This document shows, piece by piece, positions 20,335 through 32,492 of a stretch of 64,000 bases of DNA. Numbering within the stretch: the stretch's first letter is position 1; each line of letters opens with the position of its first letter. Under the pieces are notes generated by a model. The model was not told the DNA's origin. It worked only from the letters and a program-made list of their open reading frames with translations, and made no database searches. The stretch covers positions 2,592,894 through 2,656,893 of the forward strand of contig JAYQLI010000035.1 in the NCBI GenBank assembly GCA_038143065.1, given 5' to 3'. The position numbers were made by a program, and so were the translations under genes. This stretch comes from Rhodospirillales bacterium (GTDB taxonomy: Bacteria; Pseudomonadota; Alphaproteobacteria; Bin95).

Positions 20335-23246
20335 CGCAGCGAATTAGCTAGTACTTCAACCGCATGCAAAGCTCGGCGTCCCGTTCCATCTTCTATTTGG
20401 TGTCGACAGCTTGTGCCATCTGCAACGATGATAGTATCGGGATCTGCTTTACGAACAGCCGGTAGTAGGTTGAGCTCCGCCATTGCAAGTGAGACAGAAA
20501 GATTTTTCTTCTGATATCCAAATGATCCAGCCATTCCGCAGCACGAGCTTTCTACCATCGAAACATCTGCATCGGGTATCAGCCGCAAAGCAGCTAACGT
20601 TTTTTCTGCAACACCGAAGGCTTTTTGATGGCAGTGACCATGAACTAATATTTTCTTAGGACTATTTTTTAACTTGGCTCTGAAGTCTTCTGTTGTTTTC
20701 GAGACAAGAAATTCATCAATGAGTTGTGCGGCTTCTCCCAACGCCTGAACTCTTTCATCTAGCTTGAGAGCTGCAAACTCATCTTTAAACGTAAATAGGC
20801 ATGCTGGTTCCAGCCCTAGAACTGGGGCGCCGATCTTTAAAAATGGCTCCAGAAGGTCGAGTGTTCTGAGAGCTTCCTCCCTCGCCTGATCAATCATGCC
20901 ATTTGCCAAGAAAGTGCGGCCGCAACATGGCCCTCGGCCATCAGGCCCACGAATGACGTGGGGATGAAAACCAGCTGCTTTTAATACACGAACCGCTGCT
21001 CGAGGCTTTTCTGGCTCAAACCATGTGGTGAATGTATCAGCGAAAAGGACGACATCCCGTCCGTCCCCAATTGGTGAGCCCCTACTTCTTCTTTAAAGGG
21101 ATCCGATGACCAGGTTGGTAATTTGCGCTGGGCAGCAAGACCAGTTGTCTTTTCCGAAATCCATGCGAGTCCAGGTATTTTATCTCGGAGGTTTAAGATG
21201 CCACCCAACTTAGAAAGCTTGTTGGCAGTTCGTGGTAAGAATGACGTTATACGATCGCCAAGAGCAGGCTTGTTTCCTCTTTTTAATTCTTGATGCGCGA
21301 CCTCAATTTTCATACGCGCCATGTCAACGCCTGTTGGACATTCTCTCCTGCACCCTTTGCAACCCACGCAAAGTTCCATGGCTTCCGACATCGCCGCAGA
21401 AGCTGCATCTTCTTCGCCTAACTGACCCGAAAGCGCTAATCTGAGCGTGTTAGCCCTTCCACGAGTAACGTGTGTTTCATTCCGAGTTGCCTTAAAACTC
21501 GGACACATGACGCCTGCTTGGAGGGACCGGCAAGTTCCATTGTTGTTGCACATTTCGGTAGCGCCAAGGAAACCTCCCCAGACTGACCAATCTAAGCCAG
21601 TTTGAATAGGTCTGGCACCGTAACCTGGTTTGAAACGCATCAAACCACGATCATCTAACTTAGGTGGCCGGATTATATTGCCTGGATTAAATCTATCTTC
21701 AGGGTCAAATTTTTTCCTTAATTTCTTCAAATGTTCGAGCAAGTCTTGGACCTTGCATGGTCTCAATGAATTCTGACCGAATTTTCCCATCACCGTGCTC
21801 GCCTGAATGTGATCCTTCGTATTCCGCTACTATTTCGAAGGCTTCTTCCGCTATGGACCTCAGCTTGGCAGCGCCCTCTGAGGTCTTCATATTTAGAATT
21901 GGTCGAACATGTAGAAGTCCAACGCTCGCGTGGGCATACCAAGTACCACTTGAGCCGTATCGTTCAAAAAGGCCTGTCAGCCTATCTGTGAAGTCAGCCA
22001 AGTGTTCTAAAGGGATGGCGCAGTCTTCTATGACAGAGACTGGTTTCGCATCTCCAGTCATTGCCATTACTATATTTAATCCAGCCTCTCTTACGCCCCA
22101 AACCCTACGCTGAGTGAGTGGGTCTGTAACCTTCACAACCGCATTAGGCCATCCAATATCCCCCATAAGGACTTCAAGATCATGGAGGCGGGGCAGAAGT
22201 TCAGTTTCAGTTTCGCCAGAAAACTCAACTATTAATAGAGCCTGAGGTTCTCCTGGAGACATTATTTTCGCAATATCTGCGAACGCGGGCATTGCACGCG
22301 AGCGTTCGATAATTGTTCGGTCCACGAGCTCTACAGCATCCGGATCAAGAGTGACCAAATGCTGGGTTGCTTCCATTGCTGCTCTAAAGGTTGGAAATTG
22401 GCAGATGCCAATTGCCTTTTTTGCCGGCAGAGGCTGCAGTTTCAGTTCTATATCTTTGAAAAACCCAAGTGTGCCCTCTGACCCCACCAGTATGTCGGCC
22501 ATATTAAAGCCACCCGAGCCTGGTGGCTGAATCCGATGTAGGTTATAGCCAGCTACGTGTCTTAGAACTTTCGGTACTCGTTTATTTATTTCTTCTTGCT
22601 CGCGATGCGCTAATCCTTGAAGAAATTTACCGAGCTCATTTTCTGCATCACCGTCAACCCATCCAAAGTGATGGGTTGAACCATCTGCAAGCATTGCATC
22701 GATGCTCAAAACATTATCTGCCATTATGCCGTAGCGGATCGAGCGCGCACCAGAGGAGTTATTGGCGGCCATGCCACCAATTGTGCATCGACTTGCTGTA
22801 GATGGATCAACTGGAAAGAAGAGTTTTTCGCTAGCTAATTGGGCGTTCAACTGGGCTAGTACAACGCCGGGAGCAACTTTCGCGGTCTTACTTTCTGAAT
22901 TGATATCATAAATCGAATTCATGTACGTGGACGTATCAAGCACAATTGCTTCAGCAACAGTCTGTCCACATTGGCTTGTTCCGCCGCCACGGGGTAGGAC
23001 TGGCAAACCTTCTTCCGCAGCTATTTTTAAAACAGCCTCTACATCCGTAATCGATTTCGGCCTAACAATGCCAATAGGTTCGATTTGATATATGGAGGCA
23101 TCGGTGGAGTAGCGGCCACGAGACGGGGCGTCGAAGAAAACGTCGCCTTCGACTGCTCGTGATAGTCGATTGGCAAGCTTTGGGTCGCCAACACGCTGAC
23201 CTGTTATAAGTGTTTGTGATGAGTGTCGGAAACCGTCGGGCATCAA
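20331..23246 (-). CDS. FAD-binding and (Fe-S)-binding oxidoreductase (GlcD/YdiJ-like), two apparent frameshifts
   Basis: YSTDASIY, RGGGTSQCGQ, GSEGTLG, SGEHGDG, FDP..FNPG, CNNNGTC, CVGCKGCRRECP, HGHCHQ, CCGMAG; three ORF pieces. Confidence 0.88.
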
Positions 23247-24244
23247 TCCACCAAATATTCAAGGTTTTGACAGTTTCTAACCGAACCGTCACGAAGACGT
23301 TGAGCTACAGTCGCGACAGCTTTGAACCGCAAGTCGCGTAGGCCAGGTGGGCTGTAAAATGCAGCATGAGGGGAGATCATCAGTCGCCCTTGCAGCCATT
23401 CTTCCTTCGCCATGTAGGCCTTAATCAGAGGATGATTGGTATTTGCAGGTTCCTCAGGCAAGACGTCTAAGCCAGCGCCGGATGGGGTCCCAGATTTTAA
23501 AGCGGTATACATCGCATCTAGATCTACAATTGGTCCACGCGCTGTATTAATCACAATTGCTCTTTCCTTCATCCGTCCGAGCAAGTCTCCATTAATTGCT
23601 CCTCTAGTACCTTCATTCAGAGGGGAATGGATGGAGACTGTATCCGATAATTCAAATAGCTCTCCAGCTGATTTAAGGCGAGTATATCCGGTGGCAAGTT
23701 CATATCCATCGGGTTGAAAGGGGTCGTAGAAGACAATATTCATATCAAAACCAGCAGCTCTTCTAGCCGCTGCCAGGCCTATCCGCCCCATCCCAAATAC
23801 GCCAAAAGTCTTTCCTTTCAGACGGTCGATGCAAGGGCTATCTACATAACGCCAAAGACCTTTTGGATCCGTTCGCATGCGCTCATCATAGCGATCAAGT
23901 CCGCGACGAAGAGCAAGCATTAATGCAATAGCATGGTCGGCCACTTCTGTAGTGCCGTAGTCTGGCACCGTGCAAACAGCGATGCCTCTCTCTCCCAGAG
24001 CTTTGAGGTCTAGTCCATCAAAGCCCACACCACCGCGAACTACAATGCGGGCTTTTTGCATCTTTGCCAAATTTGCCATCACGACTTTGGCTCCGCGATA
24101 AGTAACTATCCCATCGGCTCGTGCCCATGCGTCGTCAGTTACCTCTTCTGGATTAGCAAAAGCTTCGATTTCGATATCAGGACCGGCGGCTTCCTGTTCA
24201 AGGCCGTCGGCAAGGAGATGTCTGTCCGTGATAAGAATTCGCAT
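23243..24244 (-). CDS. D-isomer-specific 2-hydroxyacid dehydrogenase (CtBP-like)
   Basis: GVGFD, VPDYGTTEVADH, GMGRIG, NTARG, LDVLPEEP, SPHAAFYS. Confidence 0.92.
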   Translation of the reverse strand: MRILITDRHLLADGLEQEAAGPDIEIEAFANPEEVTDDAWARADGIVTYRGAKVVMANLAKMQKARIVVRGGVGFDGLDLKALGERGIAVCTVPDYGTTEVADHAIALMLALRRGLDRYDERMRTDPKGLWRYVDSPCIDRLKGKTFGVFGMGRIGLAAARRAAGFDMNIVFYDPFQPDGYELATGYTRLKSAGELFELSDTVSIHSPLNEGTRGAINGDLLGRMKERAIVINTARGPIVDLDAMYTALKSGTPSGAGLDVLPEEPANTNHPLIKAYMAKEEWLQGRLMISPHAAFYSPPGLRDLRFKAVATVAQRLRDGSVRNCQNLEYLVD

Positions 24245-24404
24245 GGAATATTGTGCCTTTGCATGTTTAGCTCTTGATTTGAATGTGCCGCGGCCCGTTA
24301 AGAGAGTCTAGTCCGCGTTTACAGTGAAGATCGAAGCTTGCTTCTAATTAAATCAACTGGGTTAGGTGAAAAAAATTATTCTCCGTCCCTGCACTAAATT
24401 GTTG

Positions 24405-25732
24405 CTAATGCGCCTGAAAGAATTGGTTTTTGGGTCGTGGTATACCAAGATTTTCCCTTAAAGTTCGGCCCGAATATTCAGTCCGGAATCTTCCTCTTCG
24501 CTGAAGTTCCGGCACAACTTTTCACAAACATCGTCAAGGCCCATCGGTAGGTACGGCATCATAATGTTGAAACCATCAGAGGCTTCCTCATCGATCCATG
24601 CTTCCATTTGGTCCGCTATGCTCTTAGGCGTTCCTACAAACGCATTGCCAGCATATCCACCAAAACGTCCTGCGAGTTGTCGAACGGTTAGGTTTTCCGC
24701 TTGTGCTAGGCTTTTTACTCGAGCTTGGCCACTTTTTGAGGCTTCAGTCTCTGGAACATTCGGTAACGGAGCATCTGGGTCAAATTTTGAGGCGTCATGG
24801 CCTAGAGCTATGGATAGTGATGCAATGCCGCTGTCGTAATGAACAAGGCTATCGAGAAGGTCTCTTTTTTCACGAGCTTCTGCCTCTGTTTCTCCAACTA
24901 TTACAAGGGCGCCAGGAAGAATTTTAAGATGGTCTGGGTTTCGGCCTGCGTTTTCCGCTCGTGCCTTAATGTCTTGGAAATATTCTTGTGCGTCAGGGAT
25001 GTTACGGGCGGAAGAAAACACCATTTCAGCAGTTTCAGCTGCTAATTGCCGACCAGCATCCGAAGCACCTGCTTGAACAATTAGAGGCCATCCTTGGATA
25101 GGGCGGGCAATATTTAAAGGGCCTCTGACTTTTAGATAATCACCTTCGTAGTCTAGGATGTGCAGTCGGTTTGGATCAAAAAATATTCCCTTTTCTACAT
25201 CGCGCACGAAGGCATCATCGGCCCAACTGTCCCACAGACCGGTTACGACGTCGAAGAATTCTCTGGCACGTGCATAACGTTGCGCATGGGGCATTTGATC
25301 ATCCATGCCAAAATTTTTTGCAGCATCGGGATTGGAAGTTGTAACGATGTTCCATCCAGCTCTGCCGTCTGAAATATGATCTAGTGATGCAAATCGCCTT
25401 GCTATTAAGTAAGGACTTTCGAAAGTAGTAGAAGCAGTTGCAATCAATCCAAGGTGATTAGTGACCATTGCGATTGCGGGAAGGAGCGTTAGAGGATCAA
25501 AAGAGGTGACGGTAGCTGAACGCTTCAGGGCTTCCATAGGCATGTTCAATACAGCTAGATGATCTGCCATGAAAAACGCATCGAACTTCGCGGCTTCTAG
25601 TTTTTTGGCGAGGGAAACAATCGTCTTAAGATTAAAATTTGCATCTGGTGATCCGCCGGGAAAACGCCAGGCAGCAGTATGGATCGAGACAGGGCGCATG
25701 AAAGCACCGAGACATAGTTGCTTTTTTTTCAT
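24405..25732 (-). CDS. LLM-class flavin-dependent monooxygenase, NtaA/SnaA/DszA family (apparent frameshift near 24520)
   Basis: FDAFFMAD, RRFASLDHIS.GRAGWNIVT, QAGASDAG; shifted frame gives PELQRRGRFRTEYSGRTLRENLG. Confidence 0.9.
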
Positions 25733-25736
25733 AAAT

Positions 25737-28024
25737 CTATTTTGCGTCCCTTAATGCTAACCAAACTTTTTCTGGCGTTGCTGGCATGTCGATCGGCTGA
25801 GCGCCCGCAGAGGTAAGAGCATCAACAACAGCATTCATCACGGTTTGTGATGCCGCTATAGCTCCAGCTTGCCCCGAGCCCTTTACCCCCATCGGGTTGG
25901 CTTCACTTATGGTTGACTCGAAGTGGACTTCTAAATTTGGAATAGAATCAGCATAGGGGGGTGCATAATCCATTAAAGTTGCTGAAAGGCATTGGCCATG
26001 TTGGTCATACACAATCCTTTCACGAAGTGCCTGACCAATTCCTTGGGCGAGCCCGCCTTGCACTTGGCCTTCTGTAAGTTGGCGATCCAGTAGAGTGCCA
26101 TAATCATCCACTGCTTTATATGAGACGAGCTCCACCATTCCGGTCTCTGGATCAATTTCCACTTCTGCTACGTGACATCCAGCAGGCCATGTTATTGGAG
26201 CGTTGTCCCAATGCCATGAGCTGTCGAGGCCAGATTCAAAGCCAAATTCAGATTGCTTAGCAGCTGATGCTACATCGAATAGGGAAACGGCACGCCCGTC
26301 TCCAGCAATGAAATCACCACTACGAAAGAAAATGGTCTCAGGGTCTGCTTGCAATAGTTGGGAGGCTACGGCCTGTCCCTTTTCTAGAGCAGATTCAATT
26401 GAGCGGTAAATTGCAGTGCCGCCCATATGCATCGAGCGAGCACCCCCGTGGCCATTACCCATTGTTGTCTCGCGAGTATCGGCTTGGATATATCGGATTA
26501 CTTCTATTTCAACGCCAAGGAGATCTGCTGTGAGACGCTTAAATGTTGTCTCATGGCCTTGGCCGTTCGACTCAGTCCCTACACGTATTTCGATCATTCC
26601 ATCGTCGGAGAAGCTTAGTGCTGCAGCTTCAGATGGGGCGCCTCTGGCACTTTCCAGGAAGCAGGCAAAGCCTTGACCTCTTAAGCGACCCCTTTCAGCG
26701 CTTTCCCGCCGTCGTGTTTTGAAATCGTTGCGATGGGCTATTTTCAGCGCATCTTCAATGTTTTCCTTAAACCGGCCAATATCGATGTCAAAACCAAGTG
26801 GAGTTTTGTAGGGAAAAGTCTGTATTGCGTTCTTGTGGCGTAAGTCTATTGGATCGAACCCAAACTGTCGGGCTGCTTCATCAACCAGACGCTCCATCAT
26901 ATAATTACCTTCTGGCTTTCCTGCTCCTCGATAAGCGTCGACTGGTGCGGTATTGGTAAACACCGCTTGCGCCCTCATTGCCAAGGCTGGAATATCATAA
27001 ATGCCATGGATCGAGCGGGTAACCGATACTGTGCCACTACCTGGAGCACCTGTTGAAAGGTGTCCGCCAATATCGGCCACGAGCTCAGCTGTGAGGCCTG
27101 TAAAATGACCCTCTGCATCAAGACCTAAACGTGCGTAAGTCTTAACTGCGCGACCGTGAGCACCACATGTAACGTCTTCGCTTCGATCGCCAATCCATCG
27201 AACAGGAACGTTTAATTCCTTAGCTGCGGCCAGCACCATTGCCCACTCAGGATAAACAAAGTTTTTCGCACCGAAGCCTCCTCCTACATCCTCAGCTGTA
27301 ACATGTAGTTTTTCTTTCGAGGCATTGAAGACGGGAAGAAGGCCATTTTTTATCGTGTGCACACCTTGGACGGATGCTGTCAAAAGCAGGCAGTCCGAAT
27401 TTCTGTCGTACTCACCAATTGCTGCTCTGGTCTCAAGAGGTAGAGCTGAAACCCTATGGTTATCGCAAGTAAATTCGAGAATGTGTGTGGAAGCATTGAT
27501 GTTGGCTGAAGCCTTTTCCAATCCCCTGCGGAAAAGAGTGCGCAAATATTGCCCGGAGCGTCGTCCCAAATTTGGATTGCATTTTCTTTAACTGCATCCT
27601 CAGGAGTAACGACTGAGGGCAGAGGTGCGTAGTCAATTGCTATCGCTTCTGCCGCATCGAGTGCGGCTACACGAGTTTTTGCAACAACAAAGGCGACTGG
27701 CTCTCCTTGGTGTCGGACCCGGTCTCTGGCAAGTACAGGACGGGGCGGGCGTACTAGGGGAGGGTCGCTTGGAATTTGAGAGGTGTTCTGCAAGTCACCG
27801 TAACCAGCGGCAGTCCAGTCTGGACCTGTCATGACGAGTAAAACGCCAGGAAAACGTTTCGCGTGATCCACATTTATAGAAATTATGTCAGCGTGTGCAT
27901 GAGGAGAACGCACGACTGCAAGATGAGCCATACCAAATCTTTGAAGGTTGGCAGTATACAAGCCTTGGCCTGTCAAAAATCGATGGTCTTCTAGCCGGCC
28001 ATGGCCGGGCGCAGGATGCGTCAT
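25737..28024 (-). CDS. Xanthine dehydrogenase-family molybdopterin-binding large subunit (CoxL form II-like), apparent frameshift near 27520
   Basis: RLED.RFLTG.G.Y, RSPHAHA, VGGGFGAK, AYRGAGKPE, GQGHET, GQVQGG.AQGIG, GVKG.G. Confidence 0.9.
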
Positions 28025-28226
28025 ATGGGTATCCTTCGAGGCGGCACACAGATCATATAGAGGATACAAGTTTATGCGACCTGTTCCCTGAGCCTTCTGT
28101 TAAAAATATTGAGATGTGTCGTGAGCTTATTTTTTATTTCTTTGGGCCAAGAAAATAAAAAAATAATGCGGCCAATTTAAACATGGACGTAATTTCACAT
28201 CAAATCGCTAGAATCTGGTGTGATGA

Positions 28227-29111
28227 TCAAATTCTTTGCACACTTGCTTTACCGAATAGACCATTAGGACTGATGGCGAGAGTTATGAAGATTAAAAGGC
28301 CTGATACAAGTGCGCCGGACCCTGTCCCAATTATAGGATCAAGATATCCCGCAGCCATATTTTCGGTAACGCCAATTAGCATTGCAGCAACTATTGTCCC
28401 TGCAAAACTTGTAAGACCTCCTATAACCACTACCGGTAAAACTTTTGCAAGCACCAACGTCATGGAAAAGCCACCGAGTCCATCCACCGTCCATAGTATT
28501 CCCCCGGCGACAGCTGCCACTGCTGATAGTGCCCAAGCTAAGGATAGATAATGCATAGATGGGATGCCAACTGAAGCCGCGGCTGCGGTATCGTCAGCAA
28601 TTGCTCTCAGAGCAATGCCGGCTCGAGTGAACTCAAAGAAAACCCAAAGCCCAGCGATTATTCCAACTGCAGCTGAGCTTGCTAGTAAGCGAGAGGGTGG
28701 AAGGGGGATGTCTCCCCACCAAAGAAGCTCGTTGCCAAACGGCAAGACAATTTCGCTTGGTAGTCCAGTTAGTGTCCAAGCTGAACCTGCACGCATAAGA
28801 ACACCGAGTGCAAGCGTGGCCATCACCATGGATGTGATAGGACGATTTGAAAGCTTGTCGACGACTAGTTTGTTAAAAATTACGGCCAAACCAGAGAGTG
28901 CAGCCAGTGCCCCGGGGATCGCTATAAATAGGGGGAGCCCAATCGTTGAGGTGCCTATGCCGGTTAATTTCGCTCCAAGATTTACCCAAGCTCCTAGAGA
29001 GAAATTTAAAACGGATGAAGCGCGATAAAGAACAACAAAAGCCACCCCAACCACCGCATAAACGGGACCAGATAAGAGCCCACTGACAAGGAGATGAAAA
29101 AAATACTCCAC
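28227..29111 (-). CDS. Branched-chain amino acid ABC permease (LivH-like)
   Basis: LYRAS.VLNF, TRAGIALRAIADD..AA..VGI, VVIGGL.S..G. Confidence 0.88.
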   Translation of the reverse strand: MEYFFHLLVSGLLSGPVYAVVGVAFVVLYRASSVLNFSLGAWVNLGAKLTGIGTSTIGLPLFIAIPGALAALSGLAVIFNKLVVDKLSNRPITSMVMATLALGVLMRAGSAWTLTGLPSEIVLPFGNELLWWGDIPLPPSRLLASSAAVGIIAGLWVFFEFTRAGIALRAIADDTAAAASVGIPSMHYLSLAWALSAVAAVAGGILWTVDGLGGFSMTLVLAKVLPVVVIGGLTSFAGTIVAAMLIGVTENMAAGYLDPIIGTGSGALVSGLLIFITLAISPNGLFGKASVQRI

Positions 29112-29125
29112 TCGATATCTCTACT

Positions 29126-30055
29126 TCAAAGTCCTTTTGTAAGACCAGTCAGATGGGCCGCTAAGGATTCTGATAGGCCCTGGAGGTCATATCCTCCTTC
29201 AAGGAACCCAATAATTCTTCCCGAGGCGTGTGCGTTGGCAAGCTCCACTATTCTATCGGTAATCCAACCAAAGTCTGAGGCCTCAGCTTCGATATTGCCT
29301 AAAGGGTCACGAATATGAGCGTCAAAACCGGCTGATACTAGGATTAGCTCCGGTTCAAATTCATCTATTGCAGGAAACAAGTGTTTTTCCCAAGCAATGC
29401 GCAAGTCATTGCCAGTGTCGCCCGGAGCAAGAGGCCTATTCCAGATATTGCCAACCCCGCGTTCGGAGACAGCGCCTGTTCCCGGGAAAAGAGGCATTTG
29501 ATGGGTGGAGGCAAAGATAACGTCTGGCTCATCCCAAAAAATAGATTGGGTTCCATTGCCGTGATGAACATCGAAATCGAGGATCGCTACTCTCTTTAGC
29601 TTATATGTTTTACGAGCATGTTGGGCAGCTATTGCGATAGAGTTAAAGAAACAAAAGCCCATGGCGCGACTGACTTCCGCATGATGACCAGGTGGTCGAG
29701 CAAGCACAAATGCCCGTGTAATGTTATCGGAGAGAATATCATCTACAGCGTCAGTACCCGCTCCAACTGCTTTTAAAATAGCTTGAGTTGACCCGGGGCC
29801 GATAGAAGTATCGCCATCTAGCATAATTATGGCATCGTCTCGTTCGGCCCCTAATATGAAATCGACATAATTTTCAGCGTGAGCCAATTTGATTTGCTCT
29901 GGCCTCGCTAGGCTTGCTGTTCGGCGAGGTAGATTCTTCAGGTCTGGTTCAGAAAGTCTGCGAACTGCTGTTTCAAAGCGCGCAGGGCGCTCAGGGTGGC
30001 CTGGGGTGGGGTTGTGACTAAGTGAGGCGTCATCAAGATATATAGCAAAGCTCAT
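29126..30055 (-). CDS. Histone deacetylase / acetylpolyamine amidohydrolase family protein
   Basis: GHPERPAR, RPPGHHA, GFCFFN, DFDVHHGNGTQ, SAGFDAH, LEGGY. Confidence 0.95.
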   Translation of the reverse strand: MSFAIYLDDASLSHNPTPGHPERPARFETAVRRLSEPDLKNLPRRTASLARPEQIKLAHAENYVDFILGAERDDAIIMLDGDTSIGPGSTQAILKAVGAGTDAVDDILSDNITRAFVLARPPGHHAEVSRAMGFCFFNSIAIAAQHARKTYKLKRVAILDFDVHHGNGTQSIFWDEPDVIFASTHQMPLFPGTGAVSERGVGNIWNRPLAPGDTGNDLRIAWEKHLFPAIDEFEPELILVSAGFDAHIRDPLGNIEAEASDFGWITDRIVELANAHASGRIIGFLEGGYDLQGLSESLAAHLTGLTKGL

Positions 30056-30060
30056 CGCAG

Positions 30061-31280
30061 TTAGTTTCTTTGTTCCAATGGCTGAGCTTTGCTGGCTGCT
30101 AATTGAGCGAAGGTTGTGATGATTACCGCTGAAGTCAGAAGAATGCTGACGATCGGGAATATCCACATATCAAAACCAGCGTCGACTAGTGCACCAAATA
30201 AAACGCCCGCAAGTCCTGAGCCAATTGAAAGGCCAACAAAGACAAACCCAAAAATTCGCCCGTTTTCGCCGGCAGGTGTAATTGCTCTAACCATTAGATC
30301 CCGCGCCGGTAGCACAGCGCCAAAACCAAACCCTGCAGCTGCGAAGACTAAGTAAAGCCAGGCTCCGTCGAGGCGAAGTCCAGAGGGGGTTAGCATCAAC
30401 GTCGCTGTGGTTAGCAAGCAGATGGCTGCGGTTAGACCATGGCGACCAAATTTTTCGGCGATTACTCCTCCTAATAAGATCCCGCCAGCGACTGAGAATT
30501 GGTAGGTAGATAAAACCTGAGCAGCCCCAACTTCATCTGCCAAACCCAGTTTGACCATAACAACAACACCCTGAGAGCTGATCCCGCCGGTTGCCACGCC
30601 ATAGGTCGCGAGAAAGAGAAAATAGAGAAGCACTGGTGCTGAGTATAAAACCGACTTTGATGCACCTAATTTTTCTTTTTGTGTTGTATTAGCTTTTTCT
30701 TCCCCGGCGAGAGCATCGCCTTGCGCTAAGATTACTAATGCTGCGCAAACTCCTAAAATACCAACAAGGATAAAGGCTGTTCGCCAGTCAAAAATACCGC
30801 TTAGGGTGAGCATAGCTACCGGTGCTACACCCCACCAAAGAACCCAGAAAAAGTGTGTAGTGAATATGCCCGGCCAAGATGCTTTTCGGTGACCTTTGCC
30901 GCAATGATAGCGTAATCAACTGGATGAAATACTGCGTTCCCAACTCCCGCGATCACAGCCAAAGTAGCAAATTGCCAAAAGCTCTCAGCTAACCCAATAA
31001 GCCCAATTGCAGTGGCGTTTAGTGCGAGGCCCGCAGCAAGCATTTTGCGGGCATCAATTTTCTCTAGTGCTGCTCCGGCTGGGGCTTGAAGGATGCCTCC
31101 GATCCAGGCGTATCCTGTGAGCGCTCCTCCCAATATTGCAAAGCCCACGTCGAATTCTCTAGCAAATAGTGGTAACATTGGGGGTAGGCATAGTATGTAG
31201 AAATGACTCAAAAAATGCCCAACGCCAATCAGTGATAGCACTCGGGCTTGGCTTGGCGGAGCTTCTGAGACTAAAGCCAT
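30061..31280 (-). CDS. MFS transporter (apparent frameshift near 30835)
   Basis: GHFLSHFY, GVGNAVFHP.DY, GRAYSLH, PARD.MVR; many hydrophobic segments. Confidence 0.85.
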
Positions 31281-31458
31281 ATTCGGCGACCCTAATTCAC
31301 TGACTGTGCACTACAGGTAATTATTTTTCAGAGTTAGAAAAAATCATGAAGATACTAACATGTGGTTTGTCAAATTATTAACCGTTTTCAAAATTAATGC
31401 GTATTGCATCGTTTGGGCTAGCGCTGCGATTATCCATTAAATTGTTTGGGAGGCACTG

Positions 31459-32448
31459 ATGCTTGTTGGGATTGCTGGTGGCTCAGGTTTTGTGGGATTG
31501 GCGATTGCGGAGGCACTTTTGCAACAGGGAGCCCATGTGCTTCTTATTGATATCAACCAACCTCCAGAGGCAGCGTTAAAATTTCTTGGTGCCCACAGCG
31601 GTCTAGGCGCTCTTGAAATTCAGGTTGCCGATGTATCTGATGCTGGTGAGGCGGCGCAGGCACTTCGAGGCATTGATGCTTTAGTTTGTGCGGCGGCAGT
31701 AACTTCAGCGGATGCAAGGGAACGGGAGCGACCAACGGAGACGTTGGAGACCAACATTCTTGGTTTTACAAATCTTCTTCAAGCCGCCCGAGGAGTAGGA
31801 GTTAAGCGTATTATCAACCTTTCCTCAGCTTCGGCCTATGGAATTTCTGGTTTGAGGGAGATGGAAGTATCACGGAAGAGGGAACGTGGCCAAAGCCAAA
31901 TACTCTATACGGAGTATCAAAACTTGCTTCGGAGGGGATCGCGGCTCGTCTTTCTGAACTTTGGGCCACCGATATAATTAATTTAAGACTATCAGCTGTG
32001 TATGGTCCATGGGAGCGAGATACAGGGCGCCGCGATACGCTTTCCCCATCTTCAAGCAGCGATGCTGATGCTTAAGGGAGAGGTGGCAGTTCTTCCTCGT
32101 AGGTGTGCTAGGGATTGGACTGATAGCAGGAAAGTCGCAGAAGCTGTCGCTGTTTTATTAAAAGCAAAATCGCGGATGCATAGTCTTTACAATATTTCAG
32201 CTGGTAAAAGCTGGACAGTGGCCGATTGGTTAGACGCCCTTACTTCGGTGAGACCAGAACTATGCTGGAGACTTGCAGCGGATGATGAGGAATCAAATGT
32301 GGATTTGCACGGTCTTAGTGACCGTAGACCATTATCGATAGACAGATTTTCTGCTGAATTTGTAGTAAATCTCTGGCTAGATCCAACTGAGTCTGCTCAG
32401 TCTTTTCTGAGTTGGAAAAAGGCTACCCCAGGCTATTGGGGGAATTAA
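31459..32448 (+). CDS. NAD-dependent epimerase/dehydratase (apparent frameshifts)
   Basis: GGSGFVG, SSASAYG, LYGVSK in shifted frame, RDWT, LYNIS.G. Confidence 0.8.
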
Positions 32449-32492
32449 GTGATCTTCTTCCACCTTACCTTGAAAGCTGTTTTGCTGAATTA

